Source: Hyphomicrobiales bacterium
GTDB lineage: Bacteria; Pseudomonadota; Alphaproteobacteria; Rhizobiales; Rhizobiaceae
Direction: 5' to 3'
Assembly: GCA_011087745.1 (NCBI GenBank)
Contig: JAALLB010000001.1
Location: forward strand, 1 to 35,615
DNA length: 35,615 nucleotides
The notes under the pieces were generated by a model, which was not told the origin of the DNA, ran no database searches, and saw nothing but the letters and a program-made list of their open reading frames with translations. Below are positions 1 through 7,778 of the stretch, in pieces (the first letter of the stretch is position 1; each line of letters begins with the position of its first letter). A program made the translations under genes and the position numbers.

Positions 1-55
1 ATAAAAAATCCTCACCTGCACTTTCTCATTCAACGTTCGGTAACTTGGCAATACC
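1..55. repeat. Terminal inverted repeat, left copy. Candidate end of an IS/transposon-like repeated element, and not glcB coding sequence.
   Basis: The reverse complement of 18..55 (GGTATTGCCAAGTTACCGAACGTTGAATGAGAAAGTGC) is identical to 35562..35599. The match continues imperfectly to the window edge (AGGTGAGGATTTTTTAT versus GGTTAAGGGTTTTTTA). The malate synthase reading frame loses homology exactly at this junction. Confidence 0.8.
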
Positions 56-1106
56 AAAGTAATGGCTGGGTTTGTCATCAGGTGCCCCACATTGCGAACC
101 AGCAAAAGTGAACGGCCAGGAAGTGAAATACCTTTACCGTTTCCGGTTGTATAGTCGCGGTCCGGGTTCAACTTGCGGGTTATTGTAGTACCCCCTTTTA
201 CGAAGCTCTCTGAAAGATCGCCTTTCATCAGGCCAAGCCAGTTTTGATAAGCAAGGACCTTGTCTTCGCCATCGACAGCTGCAACGGAATCCTCACAATC
301 GCAAATTGTGGTTAGAGTTGATTCTAGAACAATATCAGCGATGCCTGCTTTATCAGTCGAGCCTATTGGGTGATCAGGATTAATGATGATATCTGCATGC
401 AGGCCATTTCGTTTTACCAAAATAGAAGTTGGGCTGGCAGCTTCGCCTTGATAGCCAACAAATTGTGCAGGGTTGGAAAGGCCAGCAGTGTTGCCGTCTT
501 CTAAAATGACCTGTAATTCTCCATCAACGATTTCAAGCTTGGTTGCATCTGCCCAGGAGCCATTTAATGGCACCGATTTATTTAAAAAATCATGTGCCCA
601 GGCAATAACTTTGATGCCACGAGCTGGATTATAAGCTTTGCTTTTTTCAGCGCCACCTTCATCAGAAATCGCATCAGTTCCATACAATGCATCATATAAT
701 GAACCCCAACGTGCATTCGCTGCGTTCAAAGCATATCGGGCATTCATGATGGGTACTACTAGCTGTGGGCTGGCAATCATCGCAATTTCTGGGTCAACAT
801 TAGAAGTGTCGACGGAGAACTTTCCACCTTCAGGTACGAGGTACCCGATGTCCAGTAAGAATTGTTTGTAATCTTCAAGAGAATAATCAGTGCTATTTGC
901 CTTGTAATATTCATCGATCTTGGATTGAAGCGTTTCACGCTTTTCAAGCAATTTCTTATTGGTTGGTGCCAAGTCGGTCACAAGTGCTTCAAGGTCAGCC
1001 CAAAACTTGTCTTCAGCAATGCAGTACCAGGTAAAGCTTGCTCATTTACAAAAGCATAAAGCTCACGATCAACATTCAGGCTGCCAACATTAATACGGTC
1101 AGACAT
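56..1106 (-). pseudogene. glcB: Malate synthase G, N-terminal ~340 codons only. It has a 1-nt frameshift near 1021 and is truncated by the terminal repeat.
   Basis: My own minus-strand translation gives [28 protein letters not shown], a frameshift, then [19 protein letters not shown]...[30 protein letters not shown]...[15 protein letters not shown]...[16 protein letters not shown]. This is collinear with E. coli GlcB as I recall it. The ATG is at 1104-1106 with GGAGAA upstream. The ATG frame stops after 42 codons because GGTACTGCATT lacks one G of the expected GGTACTGGCATT. The ORF is missing from the track because it is frameshifted and runs off the window. Confidence 0.85.
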
Positions 1107-1236
1107 GGGTTTCTCCAGAAATTCAAAAAATTAGCCTTTGGCTATCAAAACCAGCAATATTGTCAATTTGGAGTAGATGCGAAACATTGTTTCCTTTTTG
1201 GAAACAATGAATTTCAAAGCGTGAGATTTTCGTAAT

Positions 1237-1265
1237 ATTGAACCTTAAAGACGGAATACCCATAT
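1237..1265 (+). promoter_or_regulatory. Possible sigma32 (RpoH)-type heat-shock promoter for hsp20
   Basis: ATTGAA (1237-1242) is followed by 16 nt and then CCCATAT (1259-1265), about 30 nt upstream of the hsp20 ATG. This resembles the CTTGAA ... CCCCATnT pattern. The match was made by eye only. Confidence 0.3.
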
Positions 1266-1295
1266 ATATTATGGTAACAAAGATGGATTAAACGC

Positions 1296-1739
1296 ATGTC
1301 TCGTATCGCAGGGTTTTCAAGCCCTTTATTACTGGGTTTTGATGAACTGGAACGCGTTTTAGCGCGCGCAACAAAAAGCGCGAACGATGGCTATCCACCT
1401 TATAATATTGAACGCCTGCAAACTCAGCCGGGTGAAAAAGGCGATCTTCTTCGAATTACGCTGGCTGTGGCAGGATTTACAGAAGATGAACTTGATATCA
1501 GTATTGAAGAAAACCAGCTGACAATATCCGGCAAGCAAATTGATGATCAAGAGCGGGTTTTTCTGCATCGCGGAATAGCGGCACGGCAGTTTCAGCGCGC
1601 ATTTGTCCTTGCTGAGGGAATAGAGGTCAGTGGTGCGAATTTGGAAAGCGGTCTTTTGGAAATTGATCTGATCCGCATTCAGCCAGAGCTAATAATTCGT
1701 AAGATTTCAATCAAGTCTCGAAAATCACCAAAGGAGTAG
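1296..1739 (+). CDS. Small heat-shock protein, Hsp20/alpha-crystallin family (IbpA-like)
   Basis: The 147-aa ORF contains YPPYNIE...LRITLAVAGF...LTISG...FLHRGIAARQFQRAF...GLLEIDL, a typical alpha-crystallin domain pattern. Confidence 0.9.
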   Translation: MSRIAGFSSPLLLGFDELERVLARATKSANDGYPPYNIERLQTQPGEKGDLLRITLAVAGFTEDELDISIEENQLTISGKQIDDQERVFLHRGIAARQFQRAFVLAEGIEVSGANLESGLLEIDLIRIQPELIIRKISIKSRKSPKE

Positions 1740-1743
1740 ATTT

Positions 1744-2001
1744 ATGTTTCACGATCTTGAAATAAACAATCAACAAGCAGAAACTCTTGCTCAAATGGAA
1801 TCAAACGCCATTGCCTACATGCGTGAAATGACGACAGAGGAAATCAAGATAGCATTTCCTGAGACACCCGAGCTTGAAGATGGACAAACCTATTGGGCAT
1901 TATTTGGTGCAGATGGCGCGCCCCTGATGTTGGCCAGCGAGCGCGTTGAAATAGCTTCTTCTGCTTTTTATAATAACCTAAAAGCTATAATGCCTAACTA
2001 G
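1744..2001 (+). CDS. DUF1150-family small protein, commonly paired with hsp20 in alphaproteobacteria
   Basis: The 85-aa ORF starts 4 nt after hsp20. I recognise the family from memory and from its context with hsp20, not from a diagnostic motif. Confidence 0.6.
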   Translation: MFHDLEINNQQAETLAQMESNAIAYMREMTTEEIKIAFPETPELEDGQTYWALFGADGAPLMLASERVEIASSAFYNNLKAIMPN

Positions 2002-2558
2002 GCCGGATCTACCCAACCAATGTTACCGTCTTCGCGGCGGTAAACGACGTTCGTTTTACCGTTGCCTGCGTTATTGAAAACCACAACCGGATTATCTATC
2101 AAATCCAGCTTCATAACAGCCTCTGCAACACTTTGGGTTTCAATGCTGGTGAGCGATTCTGCAATAATTACCGGGTTATACTCCTCAGGCATTTCTTCTT
2201 CGGCGGCTGGAGCTTCAACAATTGCGTAAGCTGCTTCTGCGCGAGCAGCTTTTGCCGCATTCCCGTGATGGTCTTTAAGGCGGCGTTTATAGCGCCTCAG
2301 CCGTTTTTCAATTTTATCTGCAGCTGTCTCAAAAGCAGCTGTCGGGTCAATTTCATTGGATGTACCTTGCAAATCAGCACTACTATCCAGATGAATGATA
2401 CATTCACACGCAAAACGATTGCCTTGTTTTTCAAGCGTTACATGACCACGATATCCCCCCGGGAAATATTTGGAGACCGCTTCATCAAGTCTATCCTGGA
2501 TGCGAGCGGTGAGTGTATCCCCAATATTCATGTGTTTGCCTGAAATTTGTAAGCTCAT
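1998..2558 (-). CDS. hpf: Ribosome hibernation promoting factor, long form
   Basis: The 186-aa ORF begins MSLQISGKHMNIGDTL...IEKRLRRYKRRLKDHH and has a C-terminal dimerisation domain (PVIIAE...MKLDLIDNPVVVF...VVYRREDGNIGW). It lies immediately downstream of rpoN. Confidence 0.92.
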   Translation of the reverse strand: MSLQISGKHMNIGDTLTARIQDRLDEAVSKYFPGGYRGHVTLEKQGNRFACECIIHLDSSADLQGTSNEIDPTAAFETAADKIEKRLRRYKRRLKDHHGNAAKAARAEAAYAIVEAPAAEEEMPEEYNPVIIAESLTSIETQSVAEAVMKLDLIDNPVVVFNNAGNGKTNVVYRREDGNIGWVDPA

Positions 2559-2659
2559 TTTGCGTCTCCTCTTTTGTTATCGCTACGACTCAAGCGTAGC
2601 GCGGCGGAGGCTTGTATGGCAATTACCAAAGCAAAATATATATTCAGGAGGCTTAAAAA

Positions 2660-4162
2660 CTAGGCTTGTTGCTTCTTTTCGCGGCGTCGCTGAACAGAAG
2701 AGGGAATTCGCATCGCTTCGCGGTACTTTGCAACTGTTCGGCGAGCAATCTCAATACCGGTTTTCTGGAGTTGCTGAACGATTTGATCATCTGAAAGAAC
2801 TTTTTTAGGGTTTTCCAAGTCTACCAACTGCTTGATTTTATGTTTCACACTCTGGGATGCGTGCCCTTCGTCGCCTTCACTGGACGTAATGGAGGAGGAA
2901 AAGAAGTATTTTAACTCATAGATGCCCTGATCACACATCAAGAACTTGTTTGAGGTGACACGACTGATGGTTGATTCATGCATTTTTATGGCTTCAGCAA
3001 CGGTTTTCAGATTAAGCGGGCGCAAATGCTCAACACCTGCTGCAAAAAACATGTCCTGCTGTTTAACAATCTCGGTTGCAACCTTGAGAGTAGTTTGTGC
3101 TCGCTGATCAAGGCTCTTTGTGAGCCAGCTTGCGTTCCCCATGCAGTCCGCAATGAACTCCTTACCTTCGGGAGTTTTTACCGCAGAAGTAAGCTCGGCA
3201 TGATAGCTATGGTTTATGAGAACTTTTGGCAGAGTTTCAGGGTTTAGATCAATTGCCCAACTACCGTCCGCTTTTTGCCGGATTAAAACATCAGGGATAA
3301 CACTTTGCGCCAGTACCGGCTCATATTGAGCCGCCGGTCGCGGGTCCAGTTCCTTGATCTCACGGATCATATCGTTGAAATCTTCCCGGTTCACGCCGCA
3401 AAGTTTGATAAGGCTATCAAATTCGCGTTTGGCCAGAAGTGACAAATTATCCAATAGTGTTGCCATTGCCGGGTCGTAACGGTCTTTTTCTTGCAATTGT
3501 ATCTTGAGGCACTCGCGCAGATCGCGCGCACCAATTCCGGTAGGCTCCAAAGTCTGAAACTTTAACAATACCGTCTCTACACGTGCCAAGCTGACACCAT
3601 TGAGCATCGCAATGTCATGTAGATCGTCCTGAAAGTACCCATCCTCGGTTAAATCATGCGCAATATAGGTTGCGATCTCGCGATTTTTATTATCACCAAA
3701 TGTAAGCGCAATCTGATCTCGCAAATGTTGTGCAAGGCTAAGTGTTTCGCCAATACTAGCCATGAAATCTGTATTTTCTGTAGTGCCAGAAGATGGAGTG
3801 TTTGATGAAAGGCTGCTTTGCTTGCCGGTATTGTCTCTGTTACTTTTTTCAGCGCCTGCAATGCCTTCATCATAGACATTCTCAAACGAAGCATCGAGGT
3901 TTTGTGCAGCCTCGCCCGCATCCAGCTTCATTTCATCTGAAATAGTGTCATCGCGATTGTCAGGATTTTCGATTTCACGGTCGTTGGTTACCGAATTTTT
4001 ATCGCTTTCGAGCTCAAGTAACGGATTCTTTTCGATCTCTTCTTGTATGAATTCCGCCAATTCCGCATGCCCATATTGCAATAGCTTGATGGATTGCGCC
4101 AATTGTGGTGTCATCACAAGTGACTGCGATTGCTTTTGTTGTAAGCGCGCTGAAAGAGCCAT
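2660..4162 (-). CDS. rpoN: RNA polymerase sigma-54 factor
   Basis: The 500-aa ORF has the N-terminal region I motif (LQQKQSQSLVMTPQLAQSIKLLQ) and the C-terminal RpoN box (ARRTVAKYREAMRIPSS). Confidence 0.97.
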   Translation of the reverse strand: MALSARLQQKQSQSLVMTPQLAQSIKLLQYGHAELAEFIQEEIEKNPLLELESDKNSVTNDREIENPDNRDDTISDEMKLDAGEAAQNLDASFENVYDEGIAGAEKSNRDNTGKQSSLSSNTPSSGTTENTDFMASIGETLSLAQHLRDQIALTFGDNKNREIATYIAHDLTEDGYFQDDLHDIAMLNGVSLARVETVLLKFQTLEPTGIGARDLRECLKIQLQEKDRYDPAMATLLDNLSLLAKREFDSLIKLCGVNREDFNDMIREIKELDPRPAAQYEPVLAQSVIPDVLIRQKADGSWAIDLNPETLPKVLINHSYHAELTSAVKTPEGKEFIADCMGNASWLTKSLDQRAQTTLKVATEIVKQQDMFFAAGVEHLRPLNLKTVAEAIKMHESTISRVTSNKFLMCDQGIYELKYFFSSSITSSEGDEGHASQSVKHKIKQLVDLENPKKVLSDDQIVQQLQKTGIEIARRTVAKYREAMRIPSSVQRRREKKQQA

Positions 4163-4238
4163 TGTTGCCTTACCTGTTGGTTTTACGGGCTTCTTTTATT
4201 TGGCCCGTTTATTGCATCAAGGTAGCAAAAACATCTTC

Positions 4239-5132
4239 CTAAAGAGTAAATTGTTCTCCAAGGTAAAGTCGGCGTACATCCGGATTCTGGACAATCTCGC
4301 TCGGACTGCCATGCGTCAATACATTGCCTGCATGAATAATGTAAGCTCGATCAATCAAACCCAAAGTTTCACGCACATTGTGATCGGTGATCAGAACGCC
4401 AATACCGCGGTGGGTCAAATGGCGAACCAGTTCCTGAATGTCACCAACCGCAATTGGATCGATACCCGCAAAAGGTTCATCCAGCAGCATAAAAGAAGGT
4501 CTGGTTGTAAGTGAGCGGGCAATTTCGCAACGCCTGCGCTCACCACCAGAAAGTGCAATTGATGGCGATTTGCGCAAATGCGTTATCGAAAATTCTTCAA
4601 GCAGGGCATCCAGCTGACGCTCTCGCTCTTTTTTGTTGGGTTCAACAACTTCCAAGACCGCGCGAATGTTGTTCTCTACGCTTAAACCTCTGAAAATACT
4701 GGCTTCTTGCGGCAAATACCCGATCCCAAGGCGGGCACGGCGGTACATTGGTGTTTTTGTAATATCATGACCGTTCAATTCAATTGAGCCTGCATCCGCC
4801 TGAACAAGACCGGTAATCATGTAAAAGCTGGTGGTTTTACCAGCGCCATTTGGCCCTAGTAGACCAACCGCTTCTCCGCGCCGGACACCCAGACTTACAT
4901 TCTCTACAACTTTGCGACCTTTGTAGCTTTTTTGGATGCCAGAAACGAGTAAAACGCCTTCGCGAGACTGCGGTTGACGCGTTGGATGCTGTGTTTGATG
5001 GGTTGGTGGAGGAGTAGCAACCTGAATATTTGGCGTCGTTATGCTTGAGCCTTCCAAAGGAGTGTCTGCCCATTCGACTTTGCGGCTTTTTGGTTTTTTA
5101 ACCAATCCTGAGATGTTTTTGAGAAAGCTCAA
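4239..5132 (-). CDS. lptB: LPS export ABC transporter ATP-binding protein LptB, with a ~55-aa N-terminal extension. The start codon is uncertain (TTG at 5132).
   Basis: It has Walker A (GPNGAGKTT), the ABC signature (LSGGERRR) and Walker B (FMLLDEPFAG), and sits between lptA and rpoN. There is no ATG or GTG near the start of the ABC core. Confidence 0.9.
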   Translation of the reverse strand: MSFLKNISGLVKKPKSRKVEWADTPLEGSSITTPNIQVATPPPTHQTQHPTRQPQSREGVLLVSGIQKSYKGRKVVENVSLGVRRGEAVGLLGPNGAGKTTSFYMITGLVQADAGSIELNGHDITKTPMYRRARLGIGYLPQEASIFRGLSVENNIRAVLEVVEPNKKERERQLDALLEEFSITHLRKSPSIALSGGERRRCEIARSLTTRPSFMLLDEPFAGIDPIAVGDIQELVRHLTHRGIGVLITDHNVRETLGLIDRAYIIHAGNVLTHGSPSEIVQNPDVRRLYLGEQFTL

Positions 5133-5221
5133 AATGAAGATCCAATAAACGTTTTGTTAGCTACAAATACATCAATTACAGTTAATTTTCTTTAACTTTG
5201 AAAAATTGGTGAAAAAACCTG

Positions 5222-5755
5222 TTAATTTTTGGGCGTCAGCAAGATTTTGACGCGGCCATTTCCAGAAGAGCCAGATGATCCACAAGGTGTCACATTTGAA
5301 ACATTCGTTTTTAGATTGACGGTCACCTTGCAGGCAGAAAGTACATTACCAGTCTGGCTAACAATCACGTTGCCGGTCATCAATACAGTTTCAGATATCA
5401 TATTGATTGTAGCTTTATCGGCGGTAACCTTATTTTCCCCTGACCGCACAGCTACTTTGCCACTTGCTTCAATTTGGCGAATACCGCTCTTGGTTTTTCC
5501 TTCTTCGCTCGCTCGCTCGTAAAAAACCTTAATGCGCGTCGCCTGCATCAAGGTTTCACCCTGAACCACGCTCACATTACCTGTCAAAAGTGCAGTATTT
5601 TCATTATCAATGATCTCAAGTTTGTCCGCTTCAATCTGAATTGGTTCATCATTATTGCCGATGCTCTCGAAAGCACCGCCTGCTGACTGGGCAAAACTTG
5701 GTGCTGCAAAGAGCAGAATAAAAAGAATGACTAGGTTTGTTTTGAAGTATTTCAT
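5222..5755 (-). CDS. LptA/OstA-like periplasmic LPS transport protein, paralog 2. The likely start is the ATG at 5755, and the ORF extends to 5809.
   Basis: It has a signal peptide (MKYFKTNLVILFILLFAAPSFAQ). EPIQIEADKLEIIDNENTALLTGNVSVVQGETL is collinear with E. coli LptA QPIHIESDQQ...TFTGNVIVTQGT. Confidence 0.8.
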   Translation of the reverse strand: MKYFKTNLVILFILLFAAPSFAQSAGGAFESIGNNDEPIQIEADKLEIIDNENTALLTGNVSVVQGETLMQATRIKVFYERASEEGKTKSGIRQIEASGKVAVRSGENKVTADKATINMISETVLMTGNVIVSQTGNVLSACKVTVNLKTNVSNVTPCGSSGSSGNGRVKILLTPKN

Positions 5756-5786
5756 TTCATTTCCAATAGTTAGCTTGGACCTGGAT

Positions 5787-6347
5787 TTATTTCGAGTTTG
5801 GCATGGCAACTATTGATGTTCGGCATTTGCCAAATCTTGAATTGCCCGTCGTTAATTCAATAGTTAGTTGACATCCTTTGATTACATTCAATTCCTGAGA
5901 AAGAAGTATTTCTTTACCGCTTAGAATTGCTGTATCACTCAAAAAATCAATCTCCAACCTTTCGCCACTAGCATGATTCTTGCCTGATTTTACGGCAACA
6001 ATTCCTGAAGCAATGATCTCACGTATTCCAGTCTCGGTCAGTTTTCTCTGTTCTTCAGGTAAATAGTAAATATCTACTTTTTGCGCCCTGACAATTGCCT
6101 TTCCTTGGATAATCGTAACATTTCCCATCAAGGATGCTCTAAACACATCATTAACAATCTCAACTTTATCTGCTTCGATTTGAATAGGCTCTTTATTGTT
6201 GCCAATGCCTTTGAATGCATCACCAGCTGTTTGTGCAAAGCTCTTGGTTGTAAAGCTTATGGCCAAAAAAAGAAGGCTGATGGCAACGAGGGGTTTTAGG
6301 AGAAGGTTAGTTCTGATCATTGGTTTCATTTGCCTTTTTGAGTTCAT
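5787..6347 (-). CDS. lptA: LptA/OstA-like periplasmic LPS transport protein, paralog 1. Alternative starts lie at 6329 and 6320.
   Basis: It has a signal peptide (...LVAISLLFLAISFTTKSFAQ) followed by EPIQIEADKVEIVNDVFRASLMGNVTIIQGKAI. It lies directly downstream of, and overlaps, the putative lptC. Confidence 0.85.
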   Translation of the reverse strand: MNSKRQMKPMIRTNLLLKPLVAISLLFLAISFTTKSFAQTAGDAFKGIGNNKEPIQIEADKVEIVNDVFRASLMGNVTIIQGKAIVRAQKVDIYYLPEEQRKLTETGIREIIASGIVAVKSGKNHASGERLEIDFLSDTAILSGKEILLSQELNVIKGCQLTIELTTGNSRFGKCRTSIVAMPNSK

Positions 6348-7050
6348 CAGGGCGAATTGTCATTCGAACCTTGCCCTCGAAAACCAGTTTATTGCCACCA
6401 TCTTCTACCATCATTGTATTCGACGTAATATCAGCCTGTGGGCTGGTCGCATTTATAGGATTGTTGGTGTGCATGATGGATTTGCCAATATCGACACTTG
6501 CGTCTTGCAGGTTTAAAACCATCCCGCTTGAGGTAACCAGGTTTACTGCTTTATCTAAAACGAGCGTTTTTGCTTCCGCATCATAAATACCATTACCTGC
6601 GGTTATTGTGGCGGTAATCTCGTCATCCATCGGTAGTTTGGCAATGATTTCCAGTAATTCAACTCTACTGGGGTTTTCTGCGTTCTGTATTGCTTTTAAA
6701 GCGGTCAGGTTATAGGGCCGTTTTTCTTTATCAAACCCACTTAATTCAGGGTTTTCCATAACCAGTTTTCCGTCCGTAAGACTAATACTTTCAACAGCAA
6801 CATCTGGTACTTTTAAAGAGTTATAGATCAACGCTCCAATAATGCCCAAAATCATAATGATAGCCATCACAGGAAAGGCAATTTTCCAAAATCTTACCTT
6901 GCCTGAATGCTTCAAGGCCTCTTGATATTCATTTTCACGATTATCCGTTGAAATGAAATCGAGATTAGGCTCTGACACATGCAATGGTGATGCGTTGCCA
7001 CCTGCCAATTGTGGATTTGCCTGATTTTGAAACTGGTTACTCAAGACCAT
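6307..7050 (-). CDS. lptC: Probable LptC: single-pass inner-membrane LPS export component
   Basis: The 247-aa ORF has one N-terminal TM helix (WKIAFPVMAIIMILGIIGALIY) and a beta-rich periplasmic part. It occupies the canonical position upstream of lptA-lptB-rpoN. I recognised no diagnostic motif. Confidence 0.6.
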   Translation of the reverse strand: MVLSNQFQNQANPQLAGGNASPLHVSEPNLDFISTDNRENEYQEALKHSGKVRFWKIAFPVMAIIMILGIIGALIYNSLKVPDVAVESISLTDGKLVMENPELSGFDKEKRPYNLTALKAIQNAENPSRVELLEIIAKLPMDDEITATITAGNGIYDAEAKTLVLDKAVNLVTSSGMVLNLQDASVDIGKSIMHTNNPINATSPQADITSNTMMVEDGGNKLVFEGKVRMTIRPDELKKANETNDQN

Positions 7051-7114
7051 CGCCTCACTTTATCTTGCAGATTATTACAACAGCTTCATGGTCACAATAG
7101 GGCTTGGATGTAGC

Positions 7115-7729
7115 TTAACTATGGGCAAATATGTCTGTTTCTGGCCAACCAGCCAGATCCAATCGGCAACGGGTTGGCAAAAACTTGAAACACTCTCTGG
7201 CAAGTTCGCTACGTCCTTCGCGTTCCAATCGCTTTTCAAGATGCGCCATCAGTTCATGTAGGTGAAGAACATCAGAAGCAGCATATTCCAGTTGTGCTTG
7301 GCTTAGCGTTTCTGCAGCCCAATCAGAACTTTGTTGCTGTTTTGAGATATCTACCCCGATAAACTCGCGCACCAAATCTTTCAGGCCGTGTCGGTCCGTA
7401 TAGGTACGCGTCAATTTGGAAGCAATTTTTGTGCAATAAACATTATTTGTAGCAATGCCCAAGCCATGTTCCAGAACTGCAACATCAAACCGGGCAAAAT
7501 GGAAAATTATTGTGCGATTTTGATCTTCAAACAGCGCTTTTAAGTTAGGCGCTTCAGTTTGTCCTTTGGCAATTTGAACAACGTCTGCAGTCCCATCAAC
7601 TGGCGAAAGTTGTACAACACAAAGTCGGTCTCGCAGTGGGTTTAACCCAAGTGTTTCTGTATCGACTGCGATTGAGTCGTGATAATTGTCCAGATTTGGT
7701 AAATCGCCTTTATGAAACCGGATTGTCAC
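7115..7729 (-). CDS. RNase D-like 3'-5' exonuclease (DEDDy family), short form
   Basis: The 204-aa ORF contains IAVDTETLGL (Exo I), FHFARFDVAVL (Exo II-like) and YAASDVLHLH (Exo III with Tyr). Confidence 0.8.
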   Translation of the reverse strand: MTIRFHKGDLPNLDNYHDSIAVDTETLGLNPLRDRLCVVQLSPVDGTADVVQIAKGQTEAPNLKALFEDQNRTIIFHFARFDVAVLEHGLGIATNNVYCTKIASKLTRTYTDRHGLKDLVREFIGVDISKQQQSSDWAAETLSQAQLEYAASDVLHLHELMAHLEKRLEREGRSELARECFKFLPTRCRLDLAGWPETDIFAHS

Positions 7730-7778
7730 CGCTTTTCCCCTTAAATGTATGCTTTACGAATCTTATAACCTGATTGGG

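Noticed and set aside
1-55. The terminal repeats as sequencing adapter, barcode or cloning linker rather than a mobile element
   Set aside because: This is not fully rejected. GGTATTGCC-AAGTTA has a faint resemblance to the ...GTATTGCT-AAGGTTAA of a nanopore adapter and barcode flank, but the orientation and the following bases do not fit what I remember. The two arms also differ internally in the way IRL/IRR ends do. This needs a UniVec and adapter search.
638-1235. Three plus-strand ORFs of 65-77 aa (638..871, 862..1059 and 1038..1235)
   Set aside because: They are antisense shadows of the glcB coding region and its upstream spacer. The minus strand shows clear malate synthase G homology, and these ORFs have no recognisable features.
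1107-1295. A ROSE RNA thermometer in the hsp20 5' UTR
   Set aside because: The distance from the plausible promoter to the ATG is only about 25-30 nt, whereas ROSE elements are about 70-120 nt with several hairpins. I saw no U(U/C)GCU anti-SD hairpin.
2581-2601. The hairpin CGCTACG-ACTCAAG-CGTAGCG between rpoN and hpf
   Set aside because: The stem is short and there is no U-tract on the coding (minus) strand. It is probably only local mRNA structure within the operon and is not repeated elsewhere in the window.
3945-4514. A 189-aa plus-strand ORF spanning the rpoN start and the lptB end
   Set aside because: It is antisense to two confidently identified genes and crosses their intergenic gap. 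It has a Ser/Cys-rich low-complexity composition typical of a shadow frame.
5182-5196. A CtrA-box-like TTAA-N6-TTAAC upstream of lptB
   Set aside because: The spacing is 6 nt, not the canonical 7 nt, and the surroundings are AT-rich, which makes chance matches likely.
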